Below, piece after piece: positions 47,677-58,560 of a DNA stretch of 64,000 bases (the stretch's first letter is position 1; the number at the start of each line of letters is the position of its first letter). The notes beneath the pieces were generated by a model. It did not search any database and had not been told where the DNA came from. It saw nothing but the letters and a program-made list of their open reading frames with translations. The position numbers and the translations under genes are program-made. Origin of the DNA: Amoebophrya sp. A120 (taxonomy: Eukaryota > Protista > Dinoflagellata); contig CAJINV010000020.1 of NCBI GenBank assembly GCA_905178155.1, positions 930,001 through 994,000 of the forward strand. The letters are read 5' to 3'.

Positions 47677-50600
47677 TTATTGGCACAGCAATAGAGAAAA
47701 AGGACCTACGAACAAGTACAGCAGAGAAACAATAATGAACGCTGCGCTCCATAACACAGCGCCAGCGCTCCTCCTTGATGTGGCGTCCGAGGATACCGTA
47801 ATGGTACCAGAGCCGCTTGCTCCCATGCCCATCTGATGGTGATGGTGTCCCCCGTTCATCCCGCTCGATGCCCCCGTCATGTCGCACTCCAAAGTGTAAT
47901 TCTGCAACATGGTCATGCCACTCCCGGCGCTGTCGTGGTGCCCATGATTGCTGCTGCATTTTCTTGCAGCGAGAATCGCGTCTGCCGTCATGCTCATCCC
48001 CAGGTTTTCCGAAACCCACAGCCGCTCCAGCTCCCCCTTCATCCAAGTAATTTCCGCGGGTTGCGTTTCCAAGATGTGCCCGGTGCAGATGTGGTACATG
48101 TAGTTCAGCATCGGGATATCCGCGATTAGCCCCTGGCTGATTTTCGTTTGGATTTCGGTCAGTGTCAGGCCCGTTTGTGAGGCGGACTGCAGATTCGCGA
48201 GTTTGCAGGACTCGGTGACAGACGTGGCCGGCGCACAGGCCCAGTACTTGTAGTATATCGCACACATGTCCAGTGCTGCCTGGTGGTGGGGAATCATGCC
48301 CAGCAGGAAGTCGACGTCCGTGCTGTTCGTCCAGTTGAAGGCCATTTCCGTGTGCATCTTCATGTTCAGCTGAATGTACTCAGAAGTCGATTTGTCCTTG
48401 AACGAAGGCTGGAGGTTGCAACCCATGAACATACCCGAATGTTGGGCAGAAGTGCCGCTTCCGCTGGCCCCATGGTGCCCACTGTGGCCGCCGGTCATCA
48501 GGTTTCTGGTTCTTGCCGCCGTGTCTTCATCCGCAGGAAAGGAAGAGCCTGGCTCGCCGTAAGAAGACCGTTCTGGTTCTTCGTCTATTGCGGGTGTTTC
48601 CGAGTGCTTCAAGTTCATCTCGGTATTTGAAGAAGTACTGCTCAACGAGGAAGACCACAGCTGTGGCGGATGCGCACTGCGTTCATTTTCACTCGTCGCG
48701 CTAGCACCTCCCAATGGTGCGCCAGGTCGTGACAACTCCGCTGCATTTAGGATTTTCGGTTGCTCGAGCTCGTCTTGTTCCGCCACCAAATTTCTGAGCA
48801 ACATGCTGTGTTGCCCCCCACTGCCACTCATCATCGTAGTGCTATTCCCCTGCGCAACGAAGTAATTTGCGTTGTTGATGCTGACATTTCGGTAGCACGC
48901 CGACTCCCCACCGCATTTGTGGTTGTACCGCATGGTCATTCCCAACCGCGCGATTTGGTCCGTCATTTGCTTCGCTTCCCCCGGTTGCGAAAAGTCGGAC
49001 TGCCACACACCCCACTTCTGAGCGCCAAACGTGATGTTGTAGCAGAGAGACGCGATCCCCGTGTTGTGCTGGGTCACCACTCCCGCTGAATCATAAGCAG
49101 CAGCTCTTTCTTCCGACGCCTTGCGCCACACGTCGCACATGTCGCTGGCGCCCTTGTGGTGGGGAACCATCTGGGCGAGATATCCTGACCAAAAACGTCC
49201 CCACCCCATAGTCAAGATGGGAAATCCGCTAGACAAATCAGCCAGCTTTGATTGTTTCGCACGAAAAGTTTGTCCTCGTAGTGTAATCCTGTTTGCCTTT
49301 ACCTAGTCCAGCAGCATCACAGATCTAGCAGAGCATGCTGATTGCAGCATTACATACAAATTCAAAAAACACGAGTGGGAAATGCTTCGCATGGGGCTCC
49401 GCATGAGAAACATTTCATTCGAGCATGCAGATTTGCATGAGAACTATGGGGTGGGGACGTTTTTCTTCAGGATACGAGAAAGTCGAACTCCTCCCCACCG
49501 ACGGCCGTTTCGCCGAGGAAATTGATCGCCATGCCGTCGTGCATCTGGTAGTTGATCGTGGCGCGCATCGTAGTAATTGCGTTTATGCATTACAAATCTC
49601 TTGCTCAAGGAGTTTTTGCCTGAAAAAGTCTACGGGGCACTAAAATGCGAAAAAGATTCGAAGGACACTAGGCGCCGGGTCAACTTCATGGACCTGACTT
49701 TTTCGATTACCAGGGGGGGCAGACTGCAGATCAAGCTATATGACAAGCGGAATGGTTTCTCTTTCAAGGTTTTCCGATTTCCGTGCATGGACTCGAACAT
49801 ACACAGAAAGACAGTATTTGCTGTGGCAGGCAGCGCAATGCTGCGGCTTTTGCGATACTCCGATACGTTGCCTGACTTTCTTGAAGGAGTGAAACAGCTC
49901 GCGGCTGTTTTTGTCGAGAAACAAGTCAGACGCGATCAGTGGGCCGGCGTAGCAAAAAAGTTCGCGCGAAATTACCACTGCTACGCGAAATACAAGTTAA
50001 TGAGGCACCAGCTAGAGAAAAAGATACGAGAAGCCCGGCCACGGGTCGGGTGAGGAAAATAACTGAAATCCTAGCTAGGCGCTATCCGGCATTAGTTCCT
50101 GCACTAAAACTAATAATTCCCTTCGCCAGTCCTAGGCTATAACTATATTTTAAGAATTCCGGGGCACAAATCCGGAGGCGTGCGGGCTACGCATCGGTCG
50201 CACCCTACAGAGTGGCAATGCATTGTGAAGGGGAACTTTTTGGAGAGGAAGGTTGGGCGACACGGTACAAGGCTGCACAAAGTGAAGTGCTACCAGTAAC
50301 ATGCAAGATTACGAAGTGCGACGGCGCGGGTGGATTTTTTACCAGAAAAGATGTTGAACATGTTCCACTCGTTCCGAATACCAAGAAGCAGCGATGAAGG
50401 AAAGAAAGAAGAAGATGATGATGATGATGATCGAAGGCACAAATTAAATCTTAAGAAAATTCCACTGTAAAGATGTTCTCACTTCGAAGCGGCGTATACA
50501 AAGAAGTTCTTATTTTCGAGCGGCAAACGCAAAGATGGTTTTGATGTTGAAGTTCAAACTGCGACTGTTTTTCGAATGCAGCTTCATGCGTGTTTGATGC

Positions 50601-51436
50601 GAAACACGATAAAGCGGGCACATGTGGCAAAATGGACAATTTTCTTCTCAGCGACATTTTGAAAAAAGCTGCAAGGCCGCATACTAGTAGGCTTTACGAT
50701 TGGAATTTTCGTAAGGTTTAGGTCGACGCTCAAGGCCCCAAGTGTAACGTTACAGCGCGAATAGAAAGACAAAGAAGCGAAAAGCGACAAGCTTAACCTT
50801 TAACGTGTGGAGCGTGTTCACCTCTTGTATAATTACAAATTAAATTTGTAATGCTGGGCTAATTTGTAATGCAATCTATACTAGTACGATGCTTTTGCAA
50901 TGCATAACCGCCGTGTCGCCGAGGAAATTGATCGCCATGCCGTCGTGCATCTGGTAGTTATGGAAGCGTCAGGTTTGAAATCGTCAAAGTTGACATAATT
51001 TGTAATGCATAAAATGCATGACCCGAGGTACGTGTGTTGCAGAGCAGGCAAGTGAGGCCGATTGTAAGCCTGTTTGGGGTTACAGCTCGAGCTGCTAAAG
51101 TAGCATGATAAAATCGCTCTTCTTTGCCTAAACAGCATGACAAACTGGATTTAAGGGCCACCAAGATTTGTCATGCGCCACTTGGAAACTGGGTTCCAAC
51201 TGGCATCCATTTTATGCATGACAAATTATTTCAACTTTGTCGATTTCAACTCTGACACATCCATAGTAGTTGATCGTCGCGTACTGCTGCGCCTCGGTGG
51301 TTTGGGCCTGGTAAGCCCCGCAACCTTGAAACATGGGCGTTACCGAAGACTGCAGGAGGTGGTGCAGCGTCATCGCTGGGTGTGTCTCCACAAATGTGGA
51401 GTAATTGGTCAGCGCGAACATCGAGCTGGACGACAT
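47677..51436 (-). CDS. DUF305 (ferritin-like) repeat protein with C-terminal hydrophobic anchor
   Basis: MHDGM..DFLAQMVPHHKGASDMC and MHTEM..DVDFLLGMIPHHQAALDMC..ILETQPAEITWM. Two introners plus one long composite intron. Confidence 0.8.
49181..49474. mobile_element. Introner family G
   Basis: TIR, DR cgaga. Confidence 0.92.
49564..50906. mobile_element. Broken family B introner (left TIR missing) expanded by nested insertions
   Basis: B interior at 49564-49608 and ~50830-50906, right TIR ...gcttttgcaatgcata intact. Confidence 0.75.
49609..50053 (+). mobile_element. 5'-truncated Penelope-like retroelement (RT C-terminal/thumb region)
   Basis: VNFMDLTF..KLYDKRNGFSFKVFRFPCMDSNIH..LRLLRYS resembles the PLE pattern FLDL..LYDKR..F.F....FP...SNI. 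No GIY-YIG follows. Confidence 0.75.
50959..51265. mobile_element. Introner family D
   Basis: TIR, DR gtagt. Confidence 0.92.
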
Positions 51437-52352
51437 GATCTTGATGTAAAAACGGATGAAAAAAATGAGAGAAGATTGAAAAAGTTTCTTTGTCGCTTAT
51501 CAAGCAAATACTTATGAAGCAAGCTTTATGCCGAGGGAACGCTAGGCAAAGAAAACGAAAATTGCTTGGTTTCTACTTCTATATTTTCGTATTCGGGATG
51601 AACAAGTGTCGAGCGAATCGATGGACCTGCAAGCGCCAGAAAAATACAAGAAAAACAGCGGAAATCTTTGTCTCATCAAAGATATACAACTTCACTTTCG
51701 CTCCGTCAAACATAGTTGCGCTTCCGAGTCTTCTCGTTTGAAAGTATTTTATTTTACCGATAGATTTATCCAATTGCAGAAGCCGCAAACCGATAAAAAA
51801 CGACGAAAAAACTATGTGCTTCACATATGACGACCGAGGAAGAGACTTCATGATGTCTGAGTACAAATACAACGACGATTGATGCACAATGCACCGAAAA
51901 AGCAAGACATTAACAAACGAATCGCTCATCGGGGTGGTGGCCGCTTTTTCAACTTCAGGAGCGTCTTACCGTTTGTGCACACTCGCCCTGTCTAAGGGGT
52001 CTTAAAATTTGAGACTACCGCGAGCTCCGAGTTGCGGCCAGGCTTTTTACTAATATTCACGGTCTGGGTCTCGTATAGACGAGAAGTTCTGCATCTGTAA
52101 AAATGTTACACGGACACTCGCGCTTCTGTCTTCGGGAGCAGGAGAGTTCCAGTTTATTAGAGTCGTCGCGGTAGAGTTGTCGCGGTAACACTAACATAGA
52201 ATTCAAAACTCATTCACATACTAATCTTCACACAAAGTATGTGCGCAGAAGTAGTGATTAGCCTACCTCAACCTCCGAACAATGGACGCCGACAACGAGG
52301 GAGCCTCCACATGGTTCCTTCAGTCTTCAAACAGCTACTCGACAAACGACAA

Positions 52353-55300
52353 CTACTTGGCGGCTGCTTTACTGAGCGCCGCGTGAACCAGATCCGCCCC
52401 GCCCACCTGTGTCAGCTCCGTTTCATTCCACAGTGCCGTGAAGGATTCGTGCTCCATGTGTGCGGGCAGTCCCACGATGTTCAGCGCACTAGTGTTGTGG
52501 ATGAAAATCCGCGTGCGGTCCACAAACCGCCACAGATTCCCGATGTGGCACGCGAACTGCGGGTACATCCAGCTCGCGCCAAAGCCGTAGAAGTGCGTGA
52601 GTCCGATCCTCATGAAAAGTTTCGACAGCCTCGCTCGGATCCGCGGGTTGGTGCAGGAGGTGGCTTCCGCCTTACTTGATGTTCCCACGGCCGTTTTCTC
52701 CGCCCAAAATGCGGAGTACTCGAACATCAGGCCCCAGACGCGGCTGTGCCGCAGAAACTCCTCCGCGCCAAGCAGCGCCGCGCACTCGTAACCCTCGACA
52801 TCCGCTTTGATAAACAGGTCGCGGGTTATTTTATCCTGTGCAAAAGTATCGCACTCGTGTAAAAGTAAATACCAGTTTTGCATGACAGATCCAGCTTTTT
52901 ACCTGAAACAGCCTGAGGAATTCCATTTTTGCTCTTGGAAGAACTTCTCATAGTACGATAGTTTCGCAGTGCATACACTTCTTGCTGTGACAACGTCCCT
53001 CCATTCTTTTTACCTCCATTTCTGTTGTATCGCCAGTGCCGGTTCCAGATTCTGTCCACCGTGTGCAACCTAATCGTGTGGTCCTCTTCCCTTACCAAGC
53101 CAAGCTGCTCTGCTGCATCAATTGCCAAGTTTTCGCGTCCGGAGTCTGCAAGCACCGGTTGGTTCCTTTGCACAATGTCGGCGGCTTCGATGTTTTGCTG
53201 ATCCAGCACGACTATCAAATGTAAAAATGTCTGGGTCTGGAAGAATGCAAGTTTGTCATGCTTGTCTGGCATGACTCTTAAATCTGTCATGCACATTACC
53301 AAAGAGCCCCACTTTTCTGTCATGCAGAGACGTAGTTTGTCATGCAGAATAGGCAACACCTAGAAGCTCAGGAACTTGTCATGCTGAGCCAGCAATTGTG
53401 GCCTTCTCATGATACGCCACACAGCATCACAAGTTTCCAGACCCAGACATTTTTACATTTGATAACGACGGTCGACCAGTTCAGCATGGACAGTGTGCGT
53501 TTCTCCCCCTCGGTCTCCGGCGCGCCGGCGGTTGCGCGGACCAGGTGCAGGAAGTTGTGTGCGAAGTTCTTTCCTAGCAACTCCTTGTTGCTGCAGAACA
53601 AAGTTTGAAAGAGCTTGTTGAAATTCCCCACCACCGGCTCGAAAGCAAACACCTCGGCTTTATGCACCACCGCGGCGACAAGGCTCCACAGACCGAGGTT
53701 GCCGCCCAGGTCGAGGAAAGATATTCGCGGCTCCACGTCGAAGATTTTTTGAGCGTCGTCCTCGAATAAATGCTGGCTTACTTCTTGTTGAGGGTCTACA
53801 TCTAGAAGCTGCGTATGCGTTCTTTGTTGCCTATGGTGAAGATCGAGATTTTCTTTTTCATTTGCCGCGGCGCGGTGTAAAGTAAATCCAAGTTGTGCAT
53901 CCCGAGCGGTAAGATTTGCCTGCGTGCTCCTCGCCATTCCGTGGCTTTTCACCGCGACGTTCCAAGCGTCCCGTAGGATCTGCTGGTCCGAAACTCGGGT
54001 GTCTCCGTACTTTATTCAGGGAAAATTTGTCACCGTCACCGTTTTGGCGTGTTCATTTTTTGAGCAAAAAAATTTGACTTTTGCCTGATTTCCTATATGT
54101 GTCCACTTCTGTCAAATGCTGCGGGTGCGGCAATCCAACGACTGCATTCCAAGCATGTTGACCCAGCATGCTGAAGGCCGTCCAGACATATCCCAGAACG
54201 GCGCTGCCGTTATACAAGCCAAAACCGCGGCCCCAGAAGGTCCCTAGCTGGGAGGCTGTCTCCTGACACTTCATCAGCGACCAGATTTCCGGCCGCGAAG
54301 GATCGGAATGGTGCGGCGCGTCATGCTGAGTTGCTTCTGGGAATCTCTTGAGACTATCACTCCTGGACCAAAGGCCTCCGGCAAAGGGTCTCGAAAACCC
54401 AAGAAAAAACTGCGACCGGTTCCCATTTTGGGCTCTCAAAGTCCACCATACCGTGCAAAATGCAAAATTTCCGGGATTTGTCACCGGGTGGTCGTTAAAT
54501 TTGCTCGAAATTTTGCTGTTTTTTCCTGGGTTGTGGAGGTCATTTGCCGGAAGCCTTTGGCCAAGGAGAAACAAGAGCCCGACATTCCCAGGAGCAACCC
54601 AACATCGCAAGCCGCACCATGCAGAAGCCCGCCCCAGCAAGGGTCGGGCCCCTACGCGCCAGAAGACAGCCTCCTCGCAACGCACCCTCCCGCGCCGCGT
54701 CTTCGGTCTGTACGGCGGCGAAGCCATTCCGGGGCGCTTCTGGATTGCGTTCAACTACCCGGGCCACCATACTCCAAGTGTAATGCCTCGCATGCCACAT
54801 TTGCAACAACTGATCGACATGAGCATGCGTGGGATACCAGGAAAAAATCAAATTTTTTGGGTTGAAAAATGAACATGGCAAACGGTGACCCGTAGGATCT
54901 GCTGGTCCGAAACTCGGGTGTCTCCGTACTTTACAGCGATGAAAAACGCTTTCGCTTTCAAAAATCAAATTTTTTTTTGCTCCCCTTGAGGGTGGGCCCA
55001 GATAGGATCCCTTCGGTGGCCTCGTTGAACTGGAAGGCGTCGGGCAGGTGAGTCGCGGGGCCTTTTTTCGTTGCCTGAATTTCTGGAGTACGTTGGCGAT
55101 GTCAACATTTAAGTAGTCTTATTATTTAGCTAGCTTGTCGCGGTGATAGGTCGCGTACATTTGTGCTCGCATTTGAAGACGTTTTTTTGCATAATCCATT
55201 GCCCGGAGTGGTGCGGGTCCGGAGCTGTGTATCGCCTTGAGCGGCATTTTGGGCACCTGTCCGAAACGCCACGGCTGGCGATCGGTCACGTCCAGCCCCG

Positions 55301-57649
55301 CCCTCGGTGCTCCCACTGGAGCGACGGCAAGTAGTATGCTTGTCCTTCGGTTGATCCGAGTGAGCCATAGCGCGTCTGTTTTTGCCATAATTATATAGAA
55401 ATATCACCCAGGTGCAAGCACTTCGCCCAAACAGGCCCCCAGCTCAAAATACCACGACAACCCCTCCACTAGCCCCCTAAATAAATAAGCACCGGGCCCG
55501 AGGCCACAGACATTGCCAAGAAGACTCCTGGCCCCGGCGCCCTGGGTTTGAGGGCGCAGGCGGCCTACCCACTGCTACTTGGGCCAAAATAGGAAACGAG
55601 GCTCGCTATCTTTGTACCTGGAAAGAAAATTTTCAGCATTGTGATAACCTGAGTCGAGGACATGGCCAAACCTTGACCATCAGAAGGCTCAAACCCGCGA
55701 CGATTTGTGACGGTCATATGAAAGGCTTTGGCCAAACATAAGAAGGGGCATAAAAATCGAGCGAAAGCGTTTTTTAGTTCCTGTACAAAATGCTTTCGCG
55801 ATTTTTGGGCCTCAAAAAAATGCTTTCAAGGGGGGGCATAAACTAGGGTCAAGGGCACACCCAGAGCAGAGATTCTTTGGGCCTCCGGAAGGTCGAGATG
55901 ATCACTGCCGGAGACCCGACGCCCCCGCTCCTCACACTAGTGAAAAGCCCTAACTGAGCCGCGCCCCAGTACCTTGCCCCAACATCTTCTGCGTTTTGAA
56001 GCCCGTCTCGCGGTCGCGTCTGTCTTCGTATTTGAAGCGCTTGCTGTCCCGCTTTGCGGCTGCCAGGCACTTGGCAGCGCGATTCAGGCCGCCCCGCAAG
56101 GATTTGCAGCTTATTTTGCCCCCGGTCAAAGTCCGCAGATCTTGTGCGAGTTGGGACCACTTGCGGTCCCTGTTGGCGTGCCCACTGTCCCTGTGGTGCA
56201 TTCCAAATTGTGGAACCGCTGCTAGTTCATGCGCGATCGACCAGGCAGAGCGCATCTCGCAATCGGCCTGGTCCGACGACAAGACGAACACGCGCGGCAT
56301 TTCAGCTGCGCCTTCATCGAAGGAGAGCGCTCTGCGGGAAAGCACATCGCCCGCGGAAAAGCACATCTGTCACCAAACGTCTCAAATGTTATCTACTTTA
56401 CACTAGCTATCACCGCGACAAGCTACATGCTTTCACTCGCGTTCTCATTCGTCACCATCAAGCTACATCCCAAAAAGAAGGAGTTAATAGGTCGGAGAAT
56501 CCGGAGCCGCTTGCGGGGCCGCTAAGTCGGGCGACGCGGATGAGGACAGTCGGGCCGGATACTGCAAAGGGGCCCCAAAAAAATTTAAATTTTGAAAGCG
56601 ATCTGCTGGTCCGAAACCCGGGTGTCTCCGTACTTCCGGACCGCTTTATTTCGGTCTTTCCCGCTCTTCCACAGGAGCTTCCCACGGGCGAGGAGGTTCT
56701 CGTACAGCCACTCGTGCAGCATGGCTCCCGCGGGGTCGTTGGCGTGGTCCCCCGTTTCGCGGACCCGGGGCAGGTTCGTCGGGTTCAGCGCCGCGTCAAC
56801 TTCCGCTGGAAGAATCACGCAGGGCTGCACGAGAAAGGGCGTGTAGAAGCTGCGGATGCCACAGAGCGCGTCCTGGATGTGGCCCAGGGTGAGGGCCGAA
56901 GACAGATGGTGCGCCGCCGCGCCAAGACTGGTCCCACCGAAAAATTGAGCTTGACTGGTTCTTTTGCTTTCTTGGTCCTTAGAAGTATTAACAGACTCTT
57001 CACCTGTCGTTGTAAACGGGTCCACAAGAATGCGATGAATTTCTTTCCCCAAAGACCGTGCCAAGTTCCTACTTTCTTCGTTCCAAGTAATGCTGCCGCT
57101 TTCGTCAGCGTCGACGCCGAGCTGCTTCGCAAACCGGCGGAGCTCCCTGTCGTACCGCATTTTCCGCACCTGCTTCCGCATGTTGTCGAGGAGGTACAGG
57201 AAAGACTCCAATCCGTTCGTCTCGTGCGTGCCCTCCTTCCTGACCACATCGGAGATCGCTCTTCCGTAGCCGCCCGGCGCGTGCAGGTTCAGCTGCGCGG
57301 CGAAAACGTTGTGCGGCGAGCCGACGGCGGGCTTGAGGTGCGTGGAGGCTAGGTGCTCCAACCGCGTCTGCAGGTTGCAGTCGCATGGCTTGTAAAGTTT
57401 CACCGTTTCCAGAGAGTTGGCTGGGGTGGTGTCCGGCTCGTAGGTCGGACACGTCCTTGTTTTGATGCCAAGGACCACGGGCACTTGGGGGTAAGAAATA
57501 GGGAAGAAGAAGGAGGAAACCACAAAGTAGAAAAGCGAGACGACTGAAAATTTACGAAGGCCTCGATAATGTGTCTTTGAACTACTTGAAGAGATGTCTC
57601 TTGGTGCCACGGGACCACATCGGGGGACCTCCTTTAGCTGTTTTATCAT
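52353..57649 (-). CDS. FkbM-family SAM methyltransferase (paralog 1), 2 introners plus a 2.6-kb composite insertion
   Basis: FLDLGGNLGLWSL, VFAFEPV..N, IKADVEGYECAALLGA, N-terminal TM. KYGDTRVSDQQI joins 56600 to 53977 in frame. Confidence 0.85.
52832..52975. mobile_element. Introner family B, DR decayed
   Basis: TIR tatcctgtgcaaaagtatcg / cgatagtttcgcagtgcata. Confidence 0.8.
53213..53464. mobile_element. Introner family A
   Basis: 30-bp perfect TIR, DR acgac, joins WSTVV|LDQQ. Confidence 0.95.
54015..54889. mobile_element. Non-autonomous element with ~200-bp diverged TIRs (gtcaccgttt...aaacggtgac)
   Basis: Inverted alignment of ~54035-54230 with ~54690-54889, flanked by identical 45-nt exon repeats. 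Confidence 0.8.
54934..56600. mobile_element. Non-autonomous element with long diverged TIRs (cgctttcaaaa...ttttgaaagcg)
   Basis: Terminal IR plus perfect subterminal IR tagcttgtcgcggtgatag (55131) / ctatcaccgcgacaagcta (56407), flanked by 36-nt exon repeats. Confidence 0.75.
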
Positions 57650-58019
57650 CTTACTTCGTTTAACATTCCCCTAGAGTTCATCCTTTCTTTTTGTTCCTGA
57701 GACAGATGGAAACACGAAATACCAGTGACATATGCTACTTCAAACTAAGTAAAACGACTTTTCGATTTCGCGACGATCAAACTCGAAGACAGAGTCAACA
57801 TGGACTGGTAGAGACAAAAGAAATTAAGCATTACGTCAGGCCCAGTGAAGTCTTTATCTAGAGACCGATGGCGATAAAAGTAGATGCGCAGTACTCACGA
57901 CTGCTGTCCGGGCGAAGAAACCCCGTCAAGGGCTTCGAGCTGCTAGAGGCACAGGCGGAACAGAATGATTTACACGTCGAAAGACCGAGAATTTCTTCTA
58001 AGCAACACCGTCTGCAATA

Positions 58020-58235
58020 CCAATAATTGTTGGCTTCGAGAGGACAGCTGCCTTGTGATCTCTGAAAGCAAGAGCTTCCTGCAGCTCTAGCAGCGTGGTT
58101 CCCAAAATCAGAACAAAACTCGTGTCAAATTGGTATTCGTCCACAATTCAATTTCGTCAAATTTTCTTCCTCCACATGTTCCGGGAGTACGAGCTACATT
58201 AGATGATGTATATACAATCGCGCTGCTATTTCGAA
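58020..58235 (-). pseudogene. Decayed copy of FkbM last exon and 3' flank
   Basis: Colinear similarity with ~62418-62620 (ccttgtgatct, actcgtgtcaaatt.gtattc.tccacaatt, ttcttcctc..atgttccgg) with indels. Confidence 0.75.
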
Positions 58236-58560
58236 TGGGAATGCGAGCATGTGTTTTACTCTAGACGGCCCGGTCTGCCGTAGTCCTCGTCCTTGAGGTA
58301 GCTTCTTGCTGACCTCTGCAGCCAGGCAGCCTGCCCTGGACGAGCAGTTCGAGTTTTACGCGAGAATCCGATAGCGAACTTCGTGATTGCAGCGCGCCGC
58401 ATCATCGTCAATCGCCAAGGGTTGCTGCCGGAAAGCACTCATGATCTTTTATTGTTGTCGATCAATAGCAATATCTTAGCTCCATGTCCTGGCTGTCACA
58501 CCTATCGTCTCTTGTTGATATCGATCCCGCTACTACAACTTGCGCCAGCATGATGTGGTG

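Noticed and set aside
50054-50430. Hammerhead ribozyme next to the Penelope-like fragment
   Set aside because: No CTGANGA...GAAA core with compatible stems seen by eye.
54995-55070. GGCCCC...GGGGCC + T-tract as terminator or ncRNA
   Set aside because: Lies within the long TIR of a transposon-like element, with no recognisable tRNA or snRNA features.
55950-56366. Transposase in the 1.67-kb element
   Set aside because: Short ORF with no recognisable DDE or DNA-binding motif.
56054-57352. 432-aa plus-strand ORF and similar antisense ORFs (e.g. 31991-32876)
   Set aside because: Antisense shadows of GC-rich minus-strand CDSs with no motifs, and 56054-57352 crosses an insertion boundary.
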